DNA from: an uncultured Methanoregulaceae archaeon | GTDB taxonomy: Archaea > Halobacteriota > Methanomicrobia > Methanomicrobiales > Methanospirillaceae | NCBI GenBank assembly: GCA_963717525.1 | Contig: OY970343.1 | Span: 1,952,001 to 2,016,000, forward strand | Length of the DNA: 64,000 bases | Reading direction: 5' to 3' | Shown: positions 41,357 through 52,015 of the stretch, piece after piece | How positions within the stretch are numbered: position 1 is the first letter of the stretch | Layout of the letters: every line of letters begins with the position of its first letter | Position numbers and translations under genes: made by a program | Notes under the pieces: model-generated | Databases searched by the model: none | Seen by the model: the letters and a program-made list of their open reading frames with translations, nothing else | What the model was told of the DNA's origin: nothing

Positions 41357-43269
41357 AGGATCCCTCCGCCGACAACCGCGGCTGCAAACATGATAACGAT
41401 AAAGACGCTGCAGAGGCAGATGCCGACCCTTGCAAGCCTGGCCTCACCAAACCACGGGCTGACATAGTAGTTGGCGAGTTTCATCTCGGTCTTTGCCCCG
41501 AGCGCATTCTGGAAATGCATATCGGGCGTCGCCGGCACCCCGCCCATGTAGGGAGGGAGGGTCCGGTGCTTCCGGTGGGGGAGAAGGATACTGAGAGGTA
41601 AGAGGACAAGCAAAAACAGCATCATCACCATGATGAGGATGTTGTCCTGCGAGAGCAGGGCCACGCTGCCGTAGTTTGCCAGCAGGAACGGCTCGATGAG
41701 CATGGAGGAGATGACCGGGAAGATAAAGCAGGTAATGACGGTGAGCCCGGCAAGCGAGACGAGCGCTATCCACTCGTTGGTGTCGACCAGTCCCTCGACA
41801 TTCTCCGCGTCCGGTATGATCACGAGCAATTTTCCCAGCCATTTCGCCCAGAAAAAGAGGGTGAGGGCGCTCCCGAAGATCAGGATCACGACAAAGACAA
41901 GTCCGAAGGGTGCATTGATGAATGCCTGGATCGCCGCCCACTTGGAGATCAGCATCCCGAACGGTGCAAGGAACATCCCGGCGATCCCGATCGCCATGAT
42001 CGCGGCGATCCTGGGTAAACGGACAATCAGGCCGTTCATGTCCTCGATCTCCCGGCTCTTGATCCGGTGCTCGACGGTACCCACGCACAGGAACATGAGC
42101 GACTTCGAGATCGCGTGGAATATGATCAGGAGGATCGCCGCCCAGATCGCCTCGGCCGTCCCGATCCCTGCACAGGCCACGATAAGCCCGAGGTTTGCGA
42201 TCGTGGAGTACGCGAGCACCCGTTTGGCATTGGACTGAGAGATGGCGATTCCCGAAGCGATAAGGAACGTAAACGCCCCGACAAACGCGAGGGTGTACCC
42301 GATGACAGTCCCATGGAAGACCGGCGCGAACCGGACAAGGATGTAGACACCGGCCTTGACCATCGTGCTGGAATGGAGCAGGGCAGAGACCGGCGTCGGC
42401 GCCACCATCGCACCGACAAGCCACGAGGAGAACGGCATCTGGGCGGCCTTCGTGAGGCCGGCAAAGCCGATCAGGGCCGCCGGGATAAGGACAAGCACTT
42501 TCCCGGATACGAGGATCTGGTCAAGGCCGAGCATGCCGGCCGGCTGGTAGGTGAGGTAGACGATGGCAGCGGCAAACGCGATCCCGCCTAAGAGGTTCAT
42601 CCACAGGGCGGTAAACGCGTTCTTTGTCGCCTCCTCGGTCTTGGTGATCCCGATCAGGAGGAACGAACAGAGCGTGGTCACTTCCCAGAAGAAGAAGACC
42701 CAGATGAGGCTATTGGAAAAGACCAGACCGAACATCGCGGAGATGAAGACGAACATAAAAATAAAGAAGGTATTGGTCCGGTCGGGAATCCCGGTATGGT
42801 GCTGGTAGAAATGCCGCATGTAACCGAGCGAGTACACGCAGATCAGGCTCCCGATGATCCCCACGATAAGGGCCATGACGATCGAGAACTGGTCGATGAA
42901 GAGGGGAGACTTCACCGCCACCGCTGGAGTGGCGGCGGACTCAAACCAGATAATCAGCGCAGTCTCGACCAGCGTGAGGGCGATGACAAGGTAATTGCGG
43001 AACTTTATGGCAAAGCCGAGGATGATGACCGTGATCACCATCTCGAGCACGAACATCAGCAGGTTGACCGGCTCCGCGTTGAACCCGTAATACAGGGTCC
43101 CCTTGTCAAACTGGGTGACGAGGAGAATGACGGTCACCGCCCCTATTGCCAGTGCGGAGAGTTTTACAATCCAGTTCCGATCGGAATCCCGGCGCACCGC
43201 AAGCATGAAGAGCGCCGTGATCAGGGGGAACAGGATAAGAAAGAGTAACAGCTGCACGCTTATATCCAC
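41353..43269 (-). CDS. echA: Ech hydrogenase antiporter-like subunit A (NuoL-like)
   Basis: FWEVTT, KAAQMPFSSWL, AMVAPTPVSALLHSSTMVKAG; GTG start with GGAG-free leader uncertain. Confidence 0.93.
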   Translation of the reverse strand: MDISVQLLLFLILFPLITALFMLAVRRDSDRNWIVKLSALAIGAVTVILLVTQFDKGTLYYGFNAEPVNLLMFVLEMVITVIILGFAIKFRNYLVIALTLVETALIIWFESAATPAVAVKSPLFIDQFSIVMALIVGIIGSLICVYSLGYMRHFYQHHTGIPDRTNTFFIFMFVFISAMFGLVFSNSLIWVFFFWEVTTLCSFLLIGITKTEEATKNAFTALWMNLLGGIAFAAAIVYLTYQPAGMLGLDQILVSGKVLVLIPAALIGFAGLTKAAQMPFSSWLVGAMVAPTPVSALLHSSTMVKAGVYILVRFAPVFHGTVIGYTLAFVGAFTFLIASGIAISQSNAKRVLAYSTIANLGLIVACAGIGTAEAIWAAILLIIFHAISKSLMFLCVGTVEHRIKSREIEDMNGLIVRLPRIAAIMAIGIAGMFLAPFGMLISKWAAIQAFINAPFGLVFVVILIFGSALTLFFWAKWLGKLLVIIPDAENVEGLVDTNEWIALVSLAGLTVITCFIFPVISSMLIEPFLLANYGSVALLSQDNILIMVMMLFLLVLLPLSILLPHRKHRTLPPYMGGVPATPDMHFQNALGAKTEMKLANYYVSPWFGEARLARVGICLCSVFIVIMFAAAVVGGGIL

Positions 43270-43715
43270 CCGCAGGAGTATGGTAATTTTTCATTATTAA
43301 TCGTATTGAATTCAACACGTTACGCCGGCAGGACCAAAAACCGCAAAAATGATCCCGGATCTCCGGATTTTCACCGGCATCAGCCCCTGTTTGTGCATAA
43401 TCGCAACCGGGGGCCGTTCGCGATCCCTCCCGCGCCGGATAATTATGATAAAAGTTTAATGTAACAAAAATGCAGTAATACTGTCCTGATGGCGGGTGGC
43501 CGGCGTGGCAGGGTCATACAGGTCCCACAAAGAACATGGCACCATCCTGAAGGGGTATCATTCACACGGGCAGGAACGAAAATCCTGCCGCGTGATCGTC
43601 AAACCTGATGTGTTATGGCCTTATTCACAGACCAGCTGTTCTGGAGAAGCATTGTGCAGAAACAGTATCGCGGTCTGTATTCCGTGGTTCCACGACATGG
43701 CAGGGAGGTCAGGGA

Positions 43716-45761
43716 ATGTTGGAAATTCCAGTTGTTGTCGGCATAAGCATTATTGCTCTGATCGTTGCGGGGATCCTCGCACGCAGTGTCCTCTCGCAGG
43801 ACGAGGGGACGCCCAAGATGAAGGAGGTCGCTGATGCAATCCGGGTGGGTGCAGAAGCATTCATCAAGCGACAGTATTCGACCATCGCAGTTCTTGCGAT
43901 CGTACTCGCCGTGGTTATCTTCTGCGTGTACTACATCACCGGTCAGCAGGCGCTGGCCGCTGACACCGCGCTTGCGTACCTCTTCGGCGCATTCTGTAGT
44001 GCCCTCGCCGGGGTCATCGGCATGTCAGTCGCCGTCCGGTCGAATGTCCGCACCGCGGCCGCAGCCCAGACGAGTGCGGCAAAAGCCCTTGAGACCTCGT
44101 TCCGGGGCGGTGCGATCTCGGGACTGATCATCGTCTCGATGTCCCTCCTGGGTGTCTCGCTCACCTACTACGCCCTTGGGGCAAACCCGCAGGTCACCCC
44201 GTTCATCATCGTCGGCTATGGCTTCGGCGCCTCGTTTGTCGCCCTCTTTGCCCAGCTCGGCGGCGGTATCTACACGAAGGCCGCTGATGTCGGTGCAGAC
44301 CTTGTGGGCAAGGTCGAGGCCGGCATCCCTGAAGACGATGTCCGGAACCCGGCCGTCATCGCAGACCTTGTCGGGGACAACGTCGGGGACTGTGCCGGCC
44401 GTGGCGCCGACCTCTTTGAGTCCACCGCAGCCGAGAACATCGGTGCGATGATCCTCGGTGTCGCGCTCTTCCCGGTCTTCGGGGAGAATGGCATTCTCTT
44501 CCCCATCGTGATGTGCGCATTCGGCCTGTTTGCAAGCATCATCGGTATCCTCACGGTCAGGGGAACGGAAAACGGCGATCCGATGGTCTCCATGAACCGG
44601 GGGTACTATATCACCGCGATCATCAGCGCAATCCTCCTGTATGTGGCAGTGAACTGGCTCCTGCAGGGCATCATCTGGTTCTACCTTGCCGGCCTAGTCG
44701 GTATCGTGCTCTCGGTGCTGTTCCTCAGGGTCACGCTCTACTACACAGACCACCACTACCGGCCCGTGCAGGAGATCGCTGACGCCTCCGAGACCGGAGC
44801 AGCCACCAACATCATTACCGGGTTCTCGGTCGCCCTCGAGACCACCGCAATCCCGGCCATCCTTATCGGCGCCGCCCTGCTCCTCGCCTACCAGTTCGGC
44901 ACAATGACCGGCATCGCGTTCGGCGGCATCTACGGGACCGCAGTCGCAACGATCGGCATGCTCTCGGTCTGCGCCTATGTCCTCGCGATGGACGCGTTTG
45001 GCCCCATCGCCGACAACGCAGGCGGCATTGTCGAAATGAGCCAGGCCCCTGAGGACGTCAGGAAACGCATGGACGCCCTTGATGCAGCCGGCAACACCAC
45101 CAAGGCACTTACCAAGGGATACGCAATTGGCAGCGCCGCTCTTGCCGTGTTCCTGCTCTTCAACGCCTACATGTCCGATATCTCCCGGCTGATCGGGAAA
45201 ACTTTTGACACTGTCAACATTGCCTCAATCCCGGTCTTTGTCGGAGCGCTCCTTGGCGCGATGCTCATCTTCCTCTTTGCAGGCTTTGCGATCCGGGCAG
45301 TCTCGAAGACCGCCCAGTATGTCATCAACGAAGTCCGCACCCAGTTCAAGGACCCGGCCATCATGGCGGGTACCAAGAAGCCCGATTACGCCCGGGTCAT
45401 CGATATCACCACGCTCGGGGCGCTCAAGAACATGGTGATCCCCGGCATTCTCGCCGTCGCATTCCCGATATTCATCGGCGTAACCATGAAGTACGAAGCG
45501 CTCGGGGGGTTCCTCCTTGTCGGGACCATCACCGGTATCCTGCTCGCCCTCATCCTCAACAATGGAGGCGGCGCATGGGACAACGCGAAGAAATACATCG
45601 AGAGCGGTGCCCATGGCGGTAAGGGCAGCGAAGCCCACAAGGCAGCCGTCATCGGCGACACGCTGGGCGACCCGTTCAAGGACACGGCAGGCCCCTCGCT
45701 CCACGTGCTCATCAAGTTACTGGCGACACTCTCGCTCGTGCTTGCACCGCTGTTTATCTGA
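43716..45761 (+). CDS. hppA: Membrane-bound ion-translocating pyrophosphatase, K+-independent signature
   Basis: GGGIYTKAADVGADLVGKVE, DNVGD, GNTTKA (Lys at the K+-dependence position), GDPFKDT; GGAGG RBS before ATG 43716. Confidence 0.95.
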   Translation: MLEIPVVVGISIIALIVAGILARSVLSQDEGTPKMKEVADAIRVGAEAFIKRQYSTIAVLAIVLAVVIFCVYYITGQQALAADTALAYLFGAFCSALAGVIGMSVAVRSNVRTAAAAQTSAAKALETSFRGGAISGLIIVSMSLLGVSLTYYALGANPQVTPFIIVGYGFGASFVALFAQLGGGIYTKAADVGADLVGKVEAGIPEDDVRNPAVIADLVGDNVGDCAGRGADLFESTAAENIGAMILGVALFPVFGENGILFPIVMCAFGLFASIIGILTVRGTENGDPMVSMNRGYYITAIISAILLYVAVNWLLQGIIWFYLAGLVGIVLSVLFLRVTLYYTDHHYRPVQEIADASETGAATNIITGFSVALETTAIPAILIGAALLLAYQFGTMTGIAFGGIYGTAVATIGMLSVCAYVLAMDAFGPIADNAGGIVEMSQAPEDVRKRMDALDAAGNTTKALTKGYAIGSAALAVFLLFNAYMSDISRLIGKTFDTVNIASIPVFVGALLGAMLIFLFAGFAIRAVSKTAQYVINEVRTQFKDPAIMAGTKKPDYARVIDITTLGALKNMVIPGILAVAFPIFIGVTMKYEALGGFLLVGTITGILLALILNNGGGAWDNAKKYIESGAHGGKGSEAHKAAVIGDTLGDPFKDTAGPSLHVLIKLLATLSLVLAPLFI

Positions 45762-45886
45762 AAACCCTCAAAAAATACTTTTTTAGGAGGTGTGCCGGGC
45801 AAGGGATCGTATGCGGCTCCGGTATACAGGCTGCCTTCACGACACTCTGTAGTAATTCCCGATCCTGCGGCGCGTGCCAGAGGGGA

Positions 45887-46294
45887 TCAGCGATTCTTAT
45901 CAGAGAACCGGTACGCAGCCTGTACAGATCTTTTCTGGCTCGCTAGCGCTTCTTCTGCGATGAACCGGATCATGCAGTCGTTGCAGGGATCTGCGAGACC
46001 GGCACCTGAGATCGAAGAGTGCGGGTACAGCATCATGAGAGATTTCTTTGAGATTACGCGCAGGTCGGCATCATGATCCACCGCCAGTGCTTTGAGATGC
46101 CCTGCCGCCCCGGGATCGCCAAGCGTCCCGAGCATGCCGGCGGCCATCACCCTCACCCATTTATCCTCGGCTTCAAGGCCGCTCACCAGGTACTGAAAGA
46201 GGGGCTGCCGGAATTTTTTCAATGCCTCTGCAGGGTCATGGGCTGGTGATATGCCTCCGGCCCTTCTTTTATCATACGGATCGTTCGTCTTCAT
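45887..46294 (-). CDS. Small HEAT-repeat protein with a C-terminal CxxC
   Basis: LEAEDKWVRVMAAGMLGTLGD..L..DHDADLR. Confidence 0.7.
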   Translation of the reverse strand: MKTNDPYDKRRAGGISPAHDPAEALKKFRQPLFQYLVSGLEAEDKWVRVMAAGMLGTLGDPGAAGHLKALAVDHDADLRVISKKSLMMLYPHSSISGAGLADPCNDCMIRFIAEEALASQKRSVQAAYRFSDKNR

Positions 46295-46471
46295 CAGTAC
46301 CGCTCTTTTTTTCACTAAAATTGTTCTGGGACGGGGAGATCTTTTCAATATATGCACGCTGTATCTGCGTGGCATAACCCAATAACATCGTGAAGACGGG
46401 TTCTTCGGGGACAGAGGTTTGCCAAGAGATAGAAAAAACAAGAGAGTACGGATGGAAGCCAGAAGAGGGGA

Positions 46472-48694
46472 TCGAGCTGCACCCGGTCCAGCCGCAGTGC
46501 TTGCAGATCCCCTGGTTACAGCCCTCGCCAAAGTCCAGCGGGTTGTGGCACTCGGGACAGAGCCGCTGCTCCCCGGTCTTTTTGATATCCCAGTCGTTTA
46601 AGGTAGCGATGCTCTGGTTTTTTGCCGAGAGCTCGATGCACCGCCCGACCACGTCCGCGCAGGAATGGCCTTCCGAGGAGGGGTTCTTGATCGCGGAGAT
46701 ACAGTTCACTTTCGCGAACTGCTTGACAAACTTGCCGTACGGCACCCCGTTCTGGAGGCCGGTGCTGATGGCACGGCCAAGCGCGCTGCTGTTCGCGTCG
46801 CACCCCCCGCTCCCGACCGTCCGGATAAAGACCTCCATGGGCTTTCCTTCCATCAGGTTCACGGTGACGTACAGGCGGCAGCACCCCGACTGGCAGAGGT
46901 ACGTCTGCAGGCGAGCTCTTCTGGCCGGTCGATGGAGAGCGAGGGTAGCTTCTCCGGCCCCGCCCGCATACCCGATGCAGCCATGGCCGGACCTGCAGGG
47001 GATAAAACGGCGGGGCTCTTGTCTTTTAAGGAGAGCACGACATCGTCCCTGCTCCCCGTCCGGTAAATGGTAATCCCCTTGAGGCCGAGTTTCCAAGCCA
47101 TGAGGAGCGCTTCCTCGCAGTCCTCTTTTGTGGCCGAGCAGGGCATGTTGATGGTCTTACTGATGGAGGCATGGACATGCTTCTGGAAGCTGGCCTGCAT
47201 GAGGATATGGTCGCGCCACGGGATGTCGAGCGCGGTCTTGAAGAGCGAAAGGAATGCCCGGGGCAGCCACTGCAGGTCCTGCACGGTACCGGTCTCGTGA
47301 ACATGGGCGATGACCTCCTCTGTCTTCTTTGCCCGCTCGTCGCCGGCAAAACCCATCCCGGACAGGATGTTGGTGAGCGCTTCCTTAAACACCGGGTTGA
47401 CGATGACAAAGGTCTTTCCTACCGTGTTCTTCCGGGTGTAGGCAAAGGAGAAGATCGGCTCGATGCCGCTCGAGCACCCGGCCAGGAGCGAGATCGTTCC
47501 TGTCGGGGCAACCGTGGTCATCGCGGCGTTCCTGACCTTAAAGTCCTTCCAGCTGCTCCCTTTCCACGCGGGGAAGGTCCCTTTTTCCTCTGCCAGCCGG
47601 TGCGATTCGGCCACTGTGGTTTCGGTCACACCCTTCATGACCTGCTCGCACCACGCCCGCCCATCGGGAGAATCGTAGGCAAGCCCGATCATGAGCATCG
47701 CATCGTGGACACCCATGACCCCGAGGCCGATCTTCCTCGTCCTCTTCGTTGCCTCACCGATCTGCGGGATGGGAAAGACGTTCTTGTCGATCACGACGTC
47801 GAGGAACCGGGTTGCCATCCGGGCGATTTCCCGGAGCAGGTTCTCATCAAGGACACCATCGCTGACGCAGGCAGCGAGGTTGATGCTCCCCAACACGCAG
47901 CTCTCGTAGGGCAGGAGCGGCTGTTCGCCACAGGGGTTGGTGGTGTCGATATCGCCGAGCAAAGGAGTCGGGTTATGTCGGTTGATCTCGTCGTAGAAGA
48001 GGATGCCGGGTTCGCCGTTCTTCCAGATCCCTTCCACGATCCCGGTCCAGATCTGGCCGACGGTAATCTTTTCTCCCGAACCCTCGCGGGTGAGCCAGAC
48101 GGTGTCAAACTGCTTGCCGGTGACCAGATCCATGAACTTGTCGTTCACCATCACGGAGATGTTGAAGTTCGCGATCTCCCCCTCTTTTTTCTTCGCGGCG
48201 ATAAAGGAAAGGATGTCCGGGTGCCAGACATTGAGGATCCCCATATTGGCCCCCCGCCGGCGCCCGCCTTGCTTGATCACGTCGGTGGCCGCATTGAAGA
48301 CCCGCATGAACGAGATGGGGCCCGATGCAACGCCATCCGTGGACTGGACAGGAGAGCCTTCCGGCCGGATGCGCGAGAAGTTATACCCGGTCCCCCCGCC
48401 GGTCTTGTGGATGATCGCCCCTTCCTTCATCGCATCGAAAATCCCGTCGATGGTGTCCGGGACCGGAAGGGTGAAGCAGGCAGAGAGCTGCCCGATCTCG
48501 GTTCCCGCATTCATGAGGGTGGGGGAGTTGGGCAGGAAGCGCAGCGAGATCATCGCCTCGTAAAAACGGGCGCGTTCGGTCTCATCGTCTGCCAAGGCCG
48601 AGGCTACGCGGCGGCAGATATCGGTAAAATTCTTCTCCCCTTTCCGCAGGTAGCGGGCCGAGAGGATGCTGTCGACGACGGATGGTGGGTTCAT
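46472..48694 (-). CDS. nrdJ: Adenosylcobalamin-dependent (class II) ribonucleotide reductase with C-terminal TSCPD-like and Zn-ribbon domains; frameshift at about 46905
   Basis: PNSPTLMNAG, SAC, TNPCGEQPL, APTGT, SISKTIN; continues in another frame (TYLCQSGCCRLYVTVN..SCAD..CPEC..CKHCGWTGCS). The 3' end is inferred; as sequenced that frame stays open to 46272. Confidence 0.9.
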
Positions 48695-48901
48695 GGCAGG
48701 ACCTGTGCTTGTTATTATGGAGATTTAAAAAGGACTATTCAACGGGTGAAATATTGCTCATGAAATAAGTTATAGGTTGTTGTCCGCTGCGCATATGTGC
48801 CGGCGGCTCCACCGTCGTTGAGAGAGAGTCGCCCATGAGGAACGCAGGGGATTTTCGGCTCATCAGCACGCGGACCGCGTTTCGGGGGGGCGCGGCCACG
48901 T

Positions 48902-49324
48902 TTACCGGGGGATGACCACGCGGCCGATACCGTGGATCACACCGTTGGTGCAGGCGATATCAGGCAGGGTCACGGGAGCGCCGCCGAAGACCACCACCCC
49001 GCCCGCCTCCGTGATCTCAACGGTGATGCCGAGGCGCGTCTTGGGGAAGTTCAGTTTCTTTATCGTGCTGCACGGCAGGTTGCCAAAGAGGATATGGTAC
49101 TGGAGCACCCGGAGCAGCTGCCCCTGCGGGTCTGATTCGAGCGCGGCAAGGGTTGCCGCAGGCAGCAGCCGGAAGGCCTCGTCGGTCGGCGCACAGACCG
49201 TAAACGGTCCCTTCCCGGCAAGCACCGTATCAAGGCCGGCGGCCCGGACGGCCTGTGCCATAAGGGAAAACCTCCCATCTGCAGCCAGCGTCCCGGCAAT
49301 GGTATCGGTATCGTGTGATGTCAT
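48902..49324 (-). CDS. Fasciclin (FAS1) domain protein
   Basis: GPFTVCAPTDEAF, LQYHI, NGVIHGI. Confidence 0.9.
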   Translation of the reverse strand: MTSHDTDTIAGTLAADGRFSLMAQAVRAAGLDTVLAGKGPFTVCAPTDEAFRLLPAATLAALESDPQGQLLRVLQYHILFGNLPCSTIKKLNFPKTRLGITVEITEAGGVVVFGGAPVTLPDIACTNGVIHGIGRVVIPR

Positions 49325-49385
49325 GTCAGAGTTCCCGTACAAACCCGTACTTCGTTTGTCACGGCCGGTGCATCCCCGGGATCAT

Positions 49386-49568
49386 TCAGCAGCCGGATCC
49401 CATATCGACCCTCATATCGGTTGCGAGCCGGCTGTACCTCTTCGGGTTCTCATCGAACTGCTTCTTGCAGTAGTTACAACAGAAATAATATTCAGTATCC
49501 CTGTACGTGCTCCTGAACTGGGCAATATCCTCGTCAACTATCATGAAACAGACCGGATCGGTAGCCAT
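49386..49568 (-). CDS. YHS/TRASH domain protein
   Basis: MATDPVCFMIV..YYFCCNYCKKQFDENPKRY; GGAGG RBS. Confidence 0.88.
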   Translation of the reverse strand: MATDPVCFMIVDEDIAQFRSTYRDTEYYFCCNYCKKQFDENPKRYSRLATDMRVDMGSGC

Positions 49569-49659
49569 GTGTGTTCCTCCTTTCGGTATCACACGATCTT
49601 GCTTATCTGCCAGATAAAGATGTGGTATATGTACCGAGGATGGGGGCGGTATCGATACC

Positions 49660-50316
49660 TTATCCCGGCAGCCCTTTCGCGAGCCTTTTGCCCATCTCAA
49701 ACGCTTTTTTGCAGTCCTCCGGGAAGACCTCCCGGCGCCTGCGGGCCTTTGCCTCCGGGTCAAACCCTGACGAGACGTATTTTGTATAATCGTCAAACTG
49801 CAGGGTATCGGTCACCATGAACCAGTCGGAGGGCCCGAAGATCCGTTCCAGCAGCATCTCGGTCAGCCGGAACTGTGCTTCGTATACCATGTCCTTTACC
49901 CGGGCTTCGTCTGCTCCCATCGTGTAGATAAACCCGGTGGGCATTTTTTTTGGAAACAGGGAGGATCGCGCCGCATCGTAGACGATGTACGGGAAGACCA
50001 GCCGTTCCAGGAATGACCGCATCTCGCCGGTCGCTGTTCCGACATAAATCGGCGAACCGAGGAGAAGGGCATCGGCGTCCAGGATCCGTTCAAGCACCGG
50101 GGTCAGGTCGTCCTGCACAGCACATTTCCCGTAGCTCTTCCCGCCCACAAGCTTGCAGGAGAAGCAGCTGGTACATCCCTTGTAGTCCAAGTCGTACAGG
50201 TGCACAAGTTCGGTTTTCGCTCCTTTGGATGCCGCCCCTTCGAGAGCGTGTCCGAGCAGCATTGCCGTATTCCACGTCTTGCGTGGGCTTCCGTTGATTG
50301 CGATAACTGTTTTCAT
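49660..50316 (-). CDS. Flavodoxin family / iron-sulfur flavoprotein
   Basis: NGSPRKTWNT, GCTSCFSC, GSPIY. Confidence 0.9.
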   Translation of the reverse strand: MKTVIAINGSPRKTWNTAMLLGHALEGAASKGAKTELVHLYDLDYKGCTSCFSCKLVGGKSYGKCAVQDDLTPVLERILDADALLLGSPIYVGTATGEMRSFLERLVFPYIVYDAARSSLFPKKMPTGFIYTMGADEARVKDMVYEAQFRLTEMLLERIFGPSDWFMVTDTLQFDDYTKYVSSGFDPEAKARRRREVFPEDCKKAFEMGKRLAKGLPG

Positions 50317-50347
50317 GATAGTCTCCTGATTGTTTTTGTGCCTAGCA

Positions 50348-51166
50348 CTACCGCCATATTACCTGCACCGGATTCCGGCGCGGGATGCCATAGGTCTTGT
50401 ACTGCGGGTGGCCGAACATTACGGCGTACGCGTAGGTGCGTCCTGCAGGGAGGGCGAGCGCCACCTGCAGGGGTTTGTGTGCTGCCGCTGCCATCGAGAG
50501 GAATCCCGCCCAGCAGGTCCCGACACCGAACGCCGGCGCAACGATATCGAAATGGGTCAGCGCGATAAGGACATCGACGGTCGCGACCGGGTTGCCCTCA
50601 GGGATGTGGGCGATCGCGAGATGGGGCGCCCCGCGGCAGACCGGGTCATACCCGGACTCCCACGCGGCGACGAGCGAGGGAATATACCCGCTCATCGGGT
50701 GGCTGCTCCCCTGTAACGTCTTCATCCAGTCAATAGAAAGACCGGCAAGCCTGTGAACCTCTGTGGGATCATGCACGATCAGCCACTGGACCGGCTGTCC
50801 GTTGCCGCCGGAAGCGGCGTACCGTGCGATATCGAGGATCCCGGCTACCGTCTCCCGGGGGACGGGTTCTTTGGTGAAGTGGCGGACAGACCGGCGCCTT
50901 TTCAGGTACACACCGAGATCTTCAGCTGAGATGATCCCTGCACCGGCCGGAAGGCTGGTTTTCTCATCCGGGAGGTAATTTAAGAGGAGCGCCTGCGACG
51001 GGCACGAGACCTCGCAGTGCCCGCACCGGATGCACATACCGGCCCGTGCGTCCTGCACCCGGGGCAGTGAATTCTCATCCGCCGGGTCGACGATCGAGAC
51101 CGGGCAGACGACTGAGCAGATCCCGCACCGGGTGCAGAGATCCTGGTTGACGAGGATTGTGGCCAT
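50348..51166 (-). CDS. Nitroreductase with an N-terminal 2x[4Fe-4S] domain
   Basis: CTRCGICSVVCP, CIRCGHCEVSCP, RRSVRHF, ASGGNGQP, GTCWAG. Confidence 0.92.
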   Translation of the reverse strand: MATILVNQDLCTRCGICSVVCPVSIVDPADENSLPRVQDARAGMCIRCGHCEVSCPSQALLLNYLPDEKTSLPAGAGIISAEDLGVYLKRRRSVRHFTKEPVPRETVAGILDIARYAASGGNGQPVQWLIVHDPTEVHRLAGLSIDWMKTLQGSSHPMSGYIPSLVAAWESGYDPVCRGAPHLAIAHIPEGNPVATVDVLIALTHFDIVAPAFGVGTCWAGFLSMAAAAHKPLQVALALPAGRTYAYAVMFGHPQYKTYGIPRRNPVQVIWR

Positions 51167-51278
51167 ACCAATTTCGTCCGTTCTGTGTATTGTTATAAAG
51201 GATATCGTTTTTTATCGTTATCTAAACCTTCATGGTACAGCACCTATCCCTTATCCCCCGGTCCATCCTACCCTTTTC

Positions 51279-52007
51279 ATGGACCCGGTGATCGTACGTA
51301 TCCGGCAGGAACTCGAAAGTCTCGCGGATGAGAAGACCCGCACCACGTCGCAGCGGTTCTTTAAAGAGGGGATCTCCTGTTATGGGATTAAGACCCCGGG
51401 GGTTACAGCCCTTGCAAAAAAATACTGGACGGAGATCCAATCCCGGAAAAAAGAGGAGATCTTCGCCCTCTGCGAAGAGCTGTACCGGTCGAGACAGCTC
51501 GAGGAGTCTTTTATCGTCTCAACCTGGGCGTATGCCCTCTCCGGGCGGTACGAAGAGAAGGATCTTGCGGTGTTCCGGCGCTGGATCGATACGTACATCA
51601 CCAACTGGGCCTCGTGCGATGGGTTCTGCAACCATACGATGGGAGCGTTCATCGAACGATATCCCCGATACACCGCCGAACTGAAACAATGGACGCAGTC
51701 AAAAAACCGGTGGATGCGCCGGGCGGCAGCAGTCTCGCTTATTGTCCCGGCCAAGCACGGCACATTCCTTCCCGAGGCAATCGAAATCGCTGATCTTCTC
51801 CTGGCCGACAGCGACGACATGGTGCAGAAAGGCTATGGCTGGCTCCTCAAGGAGGCCAGCCGGCACCACCAGAGAGAGGTGTTTGAGTACGTTATGCGAA
51901 ACAGGGGGGTTATGCCCCGGACAGCCCTGCGGTACGCGATCGAGCTGATGCCAAAAGAGCTCAAAGAAGAAGCGATGAAAAGAGCGTGGACACCAATAAA
52001 AAAGTAA
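51279..52007 (+). CDS. DNA alkylation repair protein (AlkD-like)
   Basis: NWASCD, WMRRAA, MVQKGYGWLLKE, RTALRYAIE. Confidence 0.9.
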   Translation: MDPVIVRIRQELESLADEKTRTTSQRFFKEGISCYGIKTPGVTALAKKYWTEIQSRKKEEIFALCEELYRSRQLEESFIVSTWAYALSGRYEEKDLAVFRRWIDTYITNWASCDGFCNHTMGAFIERYPRYTAELKQWTQSKNRWMRRAAAVSLIVPAKHGTFLPEAIEIADLLLADSDDMVQKGYGWLLKEASRHHQREVFEYVMRNRGVMPRTALRYAIELMPKELKEEAMKRAWTPIKK

Positions 52008-52015
52008 GCGCCGGG

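Noticed and set aside
46472..48694. Inteins in nrdJ, cdc6 or DP1
   Set aside because: Lengths are ordinary and no intein splice or LAGLIDADG motifs are visible
47171..48763. 530-aa plus-strand ORF and similar long antisense ORFs (e.g. 6753-7784, 30381-31712, 38447-39640)
   Set aside because: Shadow frames opposite well-supported genes, expected in GC-rich coding DNA
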